A stretch of 63,941 nucleotides of DNA, counting the filler, from Aduncisulcus paluster (lineage: Eukaryota), in the NCBI GenBank assembly GCA_024181965.1. It is 14 parts of 14 records of this genome, joined end to end, with 100 filler letters (N's around TTAATTAATTAA, not from the genome) between each part and the next. Parts side by side here need not be neighbours in the genome. Positions count along the whole stretch, not along the records: positions 10,266 to 29,756 come from BQXS01011954.1; 13 more parts are not named here. One strand, given 5' to 3'. Numbering within the stretch: the first letter of the stretch is position 1; every line of letters starts with the position of its first letter. Of the stretch, positions 11,735 through 22,753 are shown one piece after another. The translations under genes were made by a program, and so were the position numbers. The notes beneath the pieces are model-generated. The model was not told where the DNA came from. It saw only the letters and a list, made by a program, of their open reading frames with translations, and did no database searches.

Positions 11735-13209
11735 ATGCTTAAAGCTTCAATTACAACCTCCTCTCCTCTTTTTAGAGGGTTTGCCATGATGAAAGATGAT
11801 TCTTCTCTTTCAATTTACCGTGATTACACAAAATGTATCTATTGTGATGCTTGGTATGTTTATTTCAATAACTCAAAATCATCTGTTTAGATTTGTTCAT
11901 TTTAAATCTTATTTTTTGCCTTTTAACTGAATATTATAGTGTTTCAGCTTGTGAAGATCAGGGTATGGAAATTTATGAGGAATCTGATGCTGGTGAGAGT
12001 TTACCTCCTCAAGTTGCTGGAAACATTGCCATTGCCGATTCTCTCTGTATTGGATGTGGTCAATGTACAATTGCTTGTCCTGTTGGATGCTTGACTGAAA
12101 AAGATGACACCCAAAAGGTAAAAGATGCTATTGCTGACAAAACCAAGATTGTTGTTGGTATGACAGCCCCTACCGTTCGTGTAGGTGTTTCTGAAACAAT
12201 GGGTCTTGAGCCTGGAGCTGAAACTGCCCCTAAGCTTATAACAGCTCTTAAAAAGCTTGGTTTCGACTATGTTTTCGATGTCACATCTGCTGCTGATCTT
12301 ACAATTATGGAAGAAGGCTCTGAACTCCTTGAGCGTGTCAAGACTGGAGGTAAGTTCCCCATGTTCACTTCTTGCTGTCCTGGATGGATTAACCTTGTTG
12401 AGACCTGCTACCCTGAGCTTATTCCCAACCTTTCCTCATGCCGTAGTCCTCAAGCCATGAGTGCTGCTTTGATCAAGAGTTACTTTGCCCAAAAGCTTGG
12501 CAAGAACCCAGCTGACATAATTGTTGTCTCTCTCATGCCTTGCACAGCCAAGAAGATGGAGATTGCCCGTCCCCAATTGAAAACAGAGGAAGGTGTCCCC
12601 GAGACGGATGTCGTTATCACTGTTCGTGAGATTGGAAGGATGCTTAAGGAGGCCGGATATGATGCTGACTCTTACACTGCTCTTGCTGACACTCCTTACG
12701 ACGAGTTCCTTGGAGTTTCCAGTGGTGCCGGTCTTATCTTCGGTTCTACCGGTGGTGTTATGGAAGCTGCCCTCCGTACAGCCGTCACTTTGACCGGTGG
12801 AGATGGCACCGACTTTGTTGCCGTCCGAGGAGATGGTGAAGATGGTGTCAAGACCTACGATGTCACTCTCGGCGATGGAACCGAGCTTCACGTTGCTGCT
12901 ATCCATGGTTCTGGTCGTGCCAGAGAATGGCTTGAAAGCACCAACAACGGTGAGGGATTCCATTTCGTTGAGGTCATGGCCTGTCCTCATGGATGTGTTG
13001 GAGGTGGAGGAATGGTCCCTGCCGACGATGATGTCATTCTTCAGAGAGCTGCCGGTTTGTACAGTTTCGATGCTGGCCAAACCATCCGTAAATCCCACGA
13101 GAACCCCATTATTCAACAACTTTACAAAGACTTCTTGGGAGAACCTCTTGGTCATTTGTCTCATAAATTATTGCACACTCATTACTCTGACAGGAGTCCG
13201 AAGGAATAA
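11735..13209 (+). CDS. hydA: [FeFe]-hydrogenase with 2x[4Fe-4S] domain, two exons (11735-11853, 11940-13209), N-terminal presequence
   Basis: H-cluster motifs TSCCPGW, MPCTAKKME and EVMACPHGCVGGGG; small-subunit-like tail RKSHENP...LLHTHY; CIGCGQCTIACP. Exon 1 supplies CIYCDA(C). Confidence 0.95.
11854..11939 (+). other. 86-nt spliceosomal intron (phase 2) in the hydrogenase
   Basis: GTATGT...TTTTAACTGAATATTATAG, AT-rich. Removal joins TG|T to give Cys and the motif CIYCDACVSAC, in frame with the downstream ORF. Confidence 0.9.
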
Positions 13210-13722
13210 GTTTTTTGTCTTTTCTTCTTGTTTTAATATGAGGAATATGAAACCAAATTAATCCAAATATAACCAATATCCTATTCAACTGACTTTATTT
13301 CTCATTTGTAGAAGCGATTATTCGACTTGTAGCATATATCGTCACATCTAAGACTTTCAAGCATCTTTCCAGAGTTATTAATGATAGTAAGTGCATTTTA
13401 TTGCTCCAAAGATGATGTACAAAGAAATAAAATTTGAATTCATGCTCTACTTTATGCATTGTGGTCACCACAAGTCACCGTGACGGTGACTTCAAGATGG
13501 ATTTTTTTCCTTCCAGATCATGAAGGTTTTGATAGCAAATAAATTTAAATTGCCAAGAAAAAGAATAAGGCCGATATTTGATATTTTCTTTGCATATAAC
13601 TGGTAACAGAAGGTAGAAAATGAAAACTCTCCATTTTTGTCCGATTACCAATTTGAAGACACATATACTTAATTTTTTTTTGAATATACATATCAGATTT
13701 ATAATAATTTGTTATTAATATA

Positions 13723-14031
13723 ATGTCAGATCAAGAACAAAAGGAATTTGAAAAGAGTTTGGAAAGACAATCTGCCTTGACGATGGATTCAATCGATAAG
13801 AGATCTTTTGTTGAAGTTAAGTGTGCAGCAGTTGAATCTTTAGACATATTTTGTAAAGCTGCAAAAGAAGCTACCATTAAATTGAGCGAAAATAACCTCC
13901 AAACAGTATCAAAGCTTCATGATTTAGCTCAGACATTTTCAAAAATTATAACAGATACAAATGTGACCGGAAGCTTAATATCTTCATCATTTGATGCAAT
14001 GGAAAAGAAAGTCGGAATGGGTTCAAAATGA
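13723..14031 (+). CDS. Small helical/coiled-coil hypothetical protein (102 aa)
   Basis: Isolated ATG-to-TGA ORF between AT-rich intergenic regions; no family recognised. Confidence 0.65.
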   Translation: MSDQEQKEFEKSLERQSALTMDSIDKRSFVEVKCAAVESLDIFCKAAKEATIKLSENNLQTVSKLHDLAQTFSKIITDTNVTGSLISSSFDAMEKKVGMGSK

Positions 14032-14408
14032 TCATCATCCTCAGTGTTTGCAAGTTTTTGAAAAGCTTTTTATAATTGTATGTTATTGTCTGTTATAACT
14101 CTATTCTGAAACCCTGGCATAATATCGCCAACTAAACAAATTTTCTCCATGTTAAAAAATCCACTCGTTGGATGAAATTTTCATGAGATTCATAATAAAT
14201 TTTTTTAATTATTTTAATTCTTCTCTTTCTTTACCATATATATTAATATATACTAAAGCGATATACCTCAATACATAATCAAACCATGTTTTTTGCAGCA
14301 TTCTTGCTTAATTTATTAAAAATATTGATTATTTTACGATTTATAAGGAGCCATAGATTCGAAATATTACCTTTGTATCCTATTTAATTCAATAATTATA
14401 GTTTATAT

Positions 14409-17400
14409 ATGAAAAAACCTTTTAAGCCATCAAAATCGGCGTATTCTTCGACAATAACTCCAAAATGGGGCAGTCATTATGACGCTAAAACTGTCCATTC
14501 AATGTTACGACAGTTCAGGGGAATAGGAAGTGGTCTAACTTCCACAACGGGTCGAATTGTAAATTCTGGGATTTATCATGTTCCCCGGCCAGGATTACCT
14601 TCATCTGCTTCACGATATACCCTTCCATCCAGTTATAATAATGTCTTATTAAGGAATATTGCCGAACATGAGAGGATGCATGGTAAACCAATTCCTTCAT
14701 CTGAACATCCTGCAATAGTTCATCACACAACATCCCGAGTTCCTACTTCTGGCAGGGCCTCATCTTCTCGGTTAAGTCGATCTCAACAATCATCTAGAAA
14801 TGAATATTATTCTCGATCTCATGGTCAATCTTATATGCATTATTCAACACCAGTTAGAACAGGATCACATTCATCTGGCATTGTTAACGAACTTTTACCA
14901 GTTCCTGCAGCATCTCCCCTCTCCCCTCGCTCAATCTCCCCTGGCTCTCGCCCTCGTTCCCAATCGAGCGTATCATCACGGCCTGCAAGACATCATCACG
15001 GGAGTAGAGCAGCCTCCCTGAGGATTGGAATACCCCCACCCACCTCCTCACCCCAGGATAGTGCCCGTAGACAAGCCTATGATGCGTATGTGTATACCAA
15101 GGAGATGAGGGATTCCCATACAGGCATATTTCGTGGTTCTACTTCGACTCCTTCATCCCATTTTATCCCATCAACAAAGTTTACCAATCCATTTGGTGAC
15201 AATTCCTCCCACAATGGCTATCATTATGATTCTCCCCCCACTCTTGATAGAAGCAGTGGTCAACATCAACTATCTCCAAGAACAACACATGGGCATATGA
15301 CTTCGAATACAGTCTCTCCGCGTCTTTCATCCCCATTCAATATAGATGGTACTCTTTCTAAGGGTGATCTAACACCTATACACACCAACCCTTCTGATAC
15401 TTCCTCTTCCTCTTCCTCTTCCTCTTCCTCTCCCTCTTCTTTTGGTGTACCAGGAGATGGTGTCAAAGATCATTCGTTACATGCAGTACATTTTGACAAT
15501 TCGAATATCTCTGACAAAGATCTTAGCGAATCCGAAGGAATGAAAGGTGAGAAAGATTCCCAAGCTTCACCATCCCATTCTGAATCAACACAAGAAGAAG
15601 ATCGGGATCAAGATTCACAATGGTCACAACTCATTAAGGAAACATCTGAAATGTATGGAATAAGGAACCGTTCTGGTAGTGTTTTAGATTCTAAACAGTG
15701 GTGGAAGGTTCAGAGGAAATCAGTATCAAAGGATAACGCAGCCGGCAAACAACCGGCGAGACGAGCGAGTTATTCCGGTCGCAACCGTCCATCCTCTACC
15801 TCTTCTTCTTCTGTTCCTCTTCCTCTCCCTCTTCTTTTGGTGTACCAGGAGATGGTGTCAAAGATCATTCGTTACATGCAGTACATTTTGACAATTCGAA
15901 TATCTCTGACAAAGATCTTAGCGAATCCGAAGGAATGAAAGGTGAGAAAGATTCCCAAGCTTCACCATCCCATTCTGAATCAACACAAGAAGAAGATCGG
16001 GATCAAGATTCACAATGGTCACAACTCATTAAGGAAACATCTGAAATGTATGGAATAAGGAACCGTTCTGGTAGTGTTTTAGATTCTAAACAGTGGTGGA
16101 AGGTTCAGAGGAAATCAGTATCAAAGGATAACGCAGCCGGCAAACAACCGGCGAGACGAGCGAGTTATTCCGGTCGCAACCGTCCTTCCTCTTCCTCTTC
16201 CTCTTCCTCTTCCTCTCCCTCTTCTTTTGGTGTACCAGGAGATGGTGTCAAAGATCATTCGTTACATGCAGTACATTTTGACAATTCGAATATCTCTGAC
16301 AAAGATCTTAGCGAATCCGAAGGAATGAAAGGTGAGAAAGATTCCCAAGCTTCACCATCCCATTCTGAATCAACACAAGAAGAAGATCGGGATCAAGATT
16401 CACAATGGTCACAACTCATTAAGGAAACATCTGAAATGTATGGAATAAGGAACCGTTCTGGTAGTGTTTTAGATTCTAAACAGTGGTGGAAGGTTCAGAG
16501 GAAATCAGTATCAAAGGATAACGCAGCCGGCAAACAACCGGCGAGACGAGCGAGTTATTCCGGTCGCAACCGTCCATCCTCTACCTCTTCTTCTTCTCGA
16601 ATCCGAAGGAATGAAAGGTGAGAAAGATTCCCAAGCTTCACCATCCCATTCTGAATCAACACAAGAAGAAGATCGGGATCAAGATTCACAATGGTCACAA
16701 CTCATTAAGGAAACATCTGAAATGTATGGAATAAGGAACCGTTCTGGTAGTGTTTTAGATTCTAAACAGTGGTGGAAGGTTCAGAGGAAATCAGTATCAA
16801 AGGATAACGCAGCCGGCAAACAACCGGCGAGACGAGCGAGTTATTCCGGTCGCAACCGTCCATCCTCTTCCTCTTCCTCTTCCTCTTCCTCTCCCTCTTC
16901 TTTTGGTGTACCAGGAGATGGTGTCAAAGATCATTCGTTACATGCAGTACATTTTGACAATTCGAATATCTCTGACAAAGATCTTAGCGAATCCGAAGGA
17001 ATGAAAGGTGAGAAAGATTCCCAAGCTTCACCATCCCATTCTGAATCAACACAAGAAGAAGATCGGGATCAAGATTCACAATGGTCACAACTCATTAAGG
17101 AAACATCTGAAATGTATGGAATAAGGAACCGTTCTGGTAGTGTTTTAGATTCTAAACAGTGGTGGAAGGTTCAGAGGAAATCAGTATCAAAGGATAACGC
17201 AGCCGGCAAACAACCGGCGAGACGAGCGAGTTATTCCGGTCGCAACCGTCCATCCTCTACCTCTTCTTGATCTAACACCTATACACACCAACCCTTCTGA
17301 TACTTCCTCTTCCTCTTCCTCTTCCTCTTCCTCTCCCTCTTCTTTTGGTGTACCAGGAGATGGTGTCAAAGATCATTCGTTACATGCAGTACATTTTGAC

Positions 17401-20400
17401 AATTCGAATATCTCTGACAAAGATCTTAGCGAATCCGAAGGAATGAAAGGTGAGAAAGATTCCCAAGCTTCACCATCCCATTCTGAATCAACACAAGAAG
17501 AAGATCGGGATCAAGATTCACAATGGTCACAACTCATTAAGGAAACATCTGAAATGTATGGAATAAGGAACCGTTCTGGTAGTGTTTTAGATTCTAAACA
17601 GTGGTGGAAGGTTCAGAGGAAATCAGTATCAAAGGATAACGCAGCCGGCAAACAACCGGCGAGACGAGCGAGTTATTCCGGTCGCAACCGTCCATCCTCT
17701 ACCTCTTCTTCTTCTGTTCCCTTCACATCTCCCTATTCCGTGATGAAAGTTCCCCAACATTCAGAGGATGAGATTGAAGGTGAGAAAGAAAACCACAAAG
17801 AAGATCTCAATTCAACAGCAGACCGAAAGGGAAAAAAGACCAAACTGACGGATAAAAGGAGACTTAAAATGTTAAAACAACGTCCAAAAGTTTCCAGACC
17901 ACGTTCAGCCACTCATGACAAACAACAATCAAATGGACTTCCATTAAGTAATCGTTCGGTTGGAGACGGTAAAAAACCGGTTCAGTCTCCTCCTACTTCC
18001 TTTGAGAAACCCATTGACGGCAGTGCAGCCGACACTGATACTCATTTCCTCAGTGTGACCGAGAGTGATGACGGAACACAAGAATCCCATGCCAAATCAA
18101 TGATGCCACGCCCTGACGATTCATTCCAGATTATTCTTGATACTGTCGCTGAAGATTTCTTGGACACTGAAAAGAAAGCCGATAAACAAAAAAACAAAAC
18201 AAAGACCAAACGACCGGCTAGTGCCGGTGGTAATTCTCGGCCTAAATCGGGTGAACCCTCCAAGAGACATGCCTATATGAATGAAGCCAAGAGAAAGAGA
18301 CTCAAATCTCAGTCTTCCCAAAGGTCGATTTCCAGTGCATTGGCAACAACACATCGTGAAAGGCATCCAACCCAGCAACGGCCCTTTAGCTTCTTCCACA
18401 GGGATTCTTCTCGCAATCAGAACCGTACATCATCATCATCCTATGGCCGTCCAGCATCTTCCATTGGCCTATCGCGTGAGAAATCTGGCGAATTTGGTCG
18501 AAGCATGAGTGCCTTGGGTGGTGTCGATTTGGAAGTTGATCAGTTCCATCCTTCATCACCTCGAGATGATGATCTGCAACCTCCTCATGAGCAATCTCCT
18601 CAACAAGGGATGGAATCACCAATACATGCTGGGACAGATATGGCAGAGAAAGAAGCTATCAATCCAAAATCTCATCATCAGTATTCCACTCCCACAGCCA
18701 ATCAGTACAACAGACCAAGTACACATCACGGCATAAGAAGCCGGTCTGAAGCATCGTACCGAGATGGTAGATATGAAGACATATCAAAACATTACACAAC
18801 TCCAAACACATTTGCCGCCGGCCATGAGTCTTCTGGCCTGGATTCAATCAATCCCACTATCTCTGCAACTTCTCTCATGACTTCAAATGGACGGCAAGTA
18901 TTATCGATGGTTGTACCCGGAAGCAAACGCCAGTTCACTCTCTCTGCTCGGCAGTACCTTCGTCAGTATGAAGGAAAACATCCACCCTCAGTGAATCCAC
19001 CGGGTCAGCATGGTCTCTCTGCTCTTGCCCGTGCTGTCCGTGTTGGTGAAAGATCCCGGTATGTCGAGTCGATGAGGAAGATCCAACATGGACAGACAAG
19101 TATGATGATTGTGCAGGGAGAGCCGTCCCCCCCCCAGAATGCCAAAGAAACGTCCGATATTCATCATGTCAGTGTTCCTTCAGACGCCAAGCATAATGTC
19201 GTCCTCCAATCTTCTGAGCCTGTTGGTATGATGGATATGGACGATTCAACAATTCTGGAAGATGTCGCCGAGAGTGAAGAACAAGTCAATCTAATAGAAA
19301 CTGGGATGACAAGCCACCCAGATCAGGAATTAAAAGAAAAATATGCAACCTCTGATGAGCATATTAACAGCAGTGAAAGTGAACAACATCATCGTGACCC
19401 AAAGGTTTAAACCTATTCCGTGATGAAAGTTCCCCAANNNNNNNNNNNNNNNNNNNNGATATTCATCATGTCAGTGTTCCTTCAGACGCCAAGCATAATG
19501 TCGTCCTCCAATCTTCTGAGCCTGTTGGTATGATGGATATGGACGATTCAACAATTCTGGAAGATGTCGCCGAGAGTGAAGAACAAGTCAATCTAATAGA
19601 AACTGTGATGACAAGCCACCCAGATCAGGAATTAAAAGAAAAATATGCAACCTCTGATGAGCATATTAACAGCAGTGAAAGTGAACAACATCATCGTGAC
19701 CCAAAGGTTTCAATGAAGCAACATGGTAAGATTGTTGTCCAAAGATCCCACCGTGTCGTCTCAGATCCTAAGAATGGACGAAGATCCAGACTTCCTGCAC
19801 GCCCATCGACAGCCATGGGTGCTCCCAAACCCCAAGAACCCATCCACATTCGAAAGCGTCCTGAGTCATCACTTGGTCCCCGTGCTTCCCAAGAGACTAT
19901 AGGGAGAGCAAGTCGACCTGGTAATCATCGAATAAGCAGGAAAGGTAGCCAGCGGAATAAGTTTGTCGATTTGGACGACATGCAACTCGTCCGTCCCCCG
20001 TCAGCTTCCTCAAAAAGAATAGGGATTGAAAGCAAGGCACCAACATCGATAAATCCATATCCTGAAATTGACGGTAGTATTGTTTTGAGTGCAGAAGGAG
20101 AAAAACGACAAGCTGAACGTGAACGACAGAGAGAAAGAGAACTAATTAAACTTGAATTGCTAAGGGGCGATGTTAAGGGATCGTCCACTACAATACAAGG
20201 TGTTGGAGGTGAAAATAAGACGCAAAATGAAGGAATGCCACCTTCTCAATTATCTAAAATTGGACGTTCAAGAAGTGATATGCATATTACCTTCCAAGGA
20301 ATGCTATCTGAAGGGACAAACAAGGCCGCTTCCAAAGCTGGTCGGATGCGTCCTCTCTCAGCATATCGGCACAAATCTGATAAACAGCTCCCCAAGAGTG

Positions 20401-21092
20401 GCAATATTTACTCAGAAAAGGGATGGAAGCGTCCCCATTCGGCCGCAGCTCCACTCAGACATTCAAACCATTTCCCAGTACATTCCTTGCGCCATAGTCC
20501 ATCCTTGCAAAGATTAATGAGCTCGAATCCAAGCGCTTATGCTCGAACCATCCAAAGTGCTGAAGAATGGATGTCTCAAGGATCACGTATTGGTCATTCT
20601 CACTCTCGACAAGAGTTCATGGATCACGAAGCCATTGTTGAGCAACAAGGATATCAACAACCGTCTCAAGGGGAAATATTACCCGAGGAACCAATGCACC
20701 AACCTGATACTCAACAATCAACCATTGAGCCTCATCATTCTCACGAGATATCCAGCCATCATCACGACAAACATAGGCAAATGATGGCCTTTATTGAGGA
20801 AGATGACCTTCCTGCTTCTCCCCTTGTTGATATTGATGGAAGGACAAGAGGGCTGACATATTCCCCCATTCCTCAGTATCGTCCAGATGGGGAACATGTA
20901 CATGATTCTCTCATTTCCGAATATAGAACGCTCGTCGGTTCACCTTCTTCCCCTATATTGGCAGATATCGAAGGACAAAAGGCTTTTGCAGAGTGTGTTG
21001 TGTATCCTAACGAGGGTGCTGAGCTGCACGGTCTTCCAGACAAACAAGAGATGGTTCATGTTAGTGTTCCCAAAATATCTCGGCTAAAGTGA
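14409..21092 (+). CDS. Large Ser/His/Arg-rich low-complexity protein, probably one gene broken up by assembly duplications
   Basis: ORFs 14409-15938, 15935-16621, 16611-17270, 17443-19410 and 19530-21092 overlap through duplicated blocks. Collapsing the duplicates appears to give one continuous frame. Confidence 0.65.
15400..17718 (+). repeat. Six copies of a ~270-440-bp block
   Basis: ATGAAAGGTGAGAAAGATTCC occurs at 15540, 15935, 16325, 16611, 17001 and 17443 (spacings 395, 390, 286, 390, 442). The junctions fall in TCTTCC microsatellite. Confidence 0.9.
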
Positions 21093-21313
21093 AGTCCTAT
21101 TATTTTACCGATAGTGAAAATAATTTGGTTTCTAAAACAAGTCCAATGTTGTGAACTTGATCTACTGCTTTGAATTCTTTCACTATCATATTCACATTAT
21201 ATGATCCTTCTTTTAGATCATAATTTAAACCATTCACATATCTTTAAATGCAAATAAAAATCGATTGTAAAAAAAACACTGATTCCTTTTCATTTTGTCA
21301 CATCATACAAAAT

Positions 21314-22441
21314 ATGTCCCTATATTCTCCACTTAAAATCAATTCTATTGTTATCCCCAATAGATTTATGCGTTCTGCCGTTTGGGAAGGGCGTTCTGAA
21401 CTTTTTGACCTAGCTCCACCTGAATTGCAGGAATATTACCATGATCTTGGTGCTGGAGAGATAGGACTCATTAATTCATCTCATACCTATGTTTCTGAGG
21501 ATGGAATAGCTACTCCGAGACAGTTAGCATTATTTGACGATTCTTTCATTGATGCCCACAAATCTCTTGTTTCTGCCGTGAGATATGGTGGAAAACACAT
21601 GAAAATCCGTCCCAAATTTTTCTGTCAATTAGCTCATTGTGGATCTTTTGGTGAGGATCGATGTGTTGCTCCTTCTGATTGGACTGTTGACTTCCCTGGT
21701 GTTAAAGGGCTTCCAAAGAATCTTCACGCTTTGTCCATTCCAGAAATCCAACAAATCCAGGACGATTTTGCTGCTGCTGCCCAGAGAGCTAAAGAAGCTG
21801 GGTATGATGGAGTTCAGCTTCATGGCGCCCATGGTTACTTAATTTCCGAGTTTATGTCTCCAAAATTCAACAAAAGGACGGATATTTATGGTGGTTCCAC
21901 TGTTTGGGAAAGGAGTCGTTTTATTCGTGAATTAATCAACAAAGTTCGATATTCCGTCGGACCTTATTATCCTATCTCTATCAAAATCAACAGCAGTGAT
22001 TTTGTTGAAGGAGGATTCGATGAAACGATGACCGCTGAATATGTTAAGATTCTCGAAACCTTTGGAATTGATGCCGTCGAGCTATCTGGTGGAACTCCAA
22101 TTTCCGGCAAACATGTCCCGATTAGGCGTGGTAAATCCACTTGTTGGTATGAAAATATTGCCAAAGATGTCTATAAACACACCGGATTGCCCTTGTTTAT
22201 GGTCGGAGGCATCAGGAATCCCAGGGATGCTGAGCGTCTTGTGAAGGAAGGAATAGTTGATGGTGTTTCGATGGGAAGACCTTTCGTACGTGAAACGGAC
22301 ATTGTCAAACGCTGGATCCATGCTCACGAGGAAGGAGAAAGGGCCCCCGTCTCCAAATGTATTTCATGTGGATTATGTCTTGGAACTTCCCATGAGAAGA
22401 GTCTTTACTGTGTGCCTGAGAGCAAACTCCAGGGAAAATAA
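21314..22441 (+). CDS. NADH:flavin oxidoreductase (Old Yellow Enzyme family) with C-terminal Cys cluster
   Basis: PNRFMRSA, QLAHCG, AGYDGVQLHGAHGYLISEF, NKRTDIYGGS, VGGIR and GRPF, plus C-terminal CISCGLC...C. The likely start is MSLYSPL at 21314. Confidence 0.92.
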   Translation: MSLYSPLKINSIVIPNRFMRSAVWEGRSELFDLAPPELQEYYHDLGAGEIGLINSSHTYVSEDGIATPRQLALFDDSFIDAHKSLVSAVRYGGKHMKIRPKFFCQLAHCGSFGEDRCVAPSDWTVDFPGVKGLPKNLHALSIPEIQQIQDDFAAAAQRAKEAGYDGVQLHGAHGYLISEFMSPKFNKRTDIYGGSTVWERSRFIRELINKVRYSVGPYYPISIKINSSDFVEGGFDETMTAEYVKILETFGIDAVELSGGTPISGKHVPIRRGKSTCWYENIAKDVYKHTGLPLFMVGGIRNPRDAERLVKEGIVDGVSMGRPFVRETDIVKRWIHAHEEGERAPVSKCISCGLCLGTSHEKSLYCVPESKLQGK

Positions 22442-22753
22442 GTCAACAGATCGAATTATTTTAGTCGTAATATTCAAAGTTTTGACCGTGATTTTCATTA
22501 TCTTGTGTTGCTACTACTAAATTGATCAACTTTTAGAATCTAATTTCTTGTTAAAAATCTTATCTTTGTTAAATCTCAATTCATTATCGTTTTAATGATG
22601 ATTTTAATTGATTTAGATATGATAATTGATATTCTTCGCTGAAATTGAGTAAAACGCTTTGTAACTTAATATTTGTTAAATTGCTTCCTGATGATCTAAA
22701 GACACTCATTTCTTTGTGATATTGGTTTTCGTTTGGACTTTCTCAAGTAATAT

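Noticed and set aside
11893..11939. ORF-track N-terminus MFILNLIFCLL as a signal peptide
   Set aside because: It starts at TTG and lies inside the intron.
10276..13164. Long antisense ORFs over PFO (10276-10929) and hydrogenase (12436-13164)
   Set aside because: Shadow frames expected from biased codon usage; no motifs.
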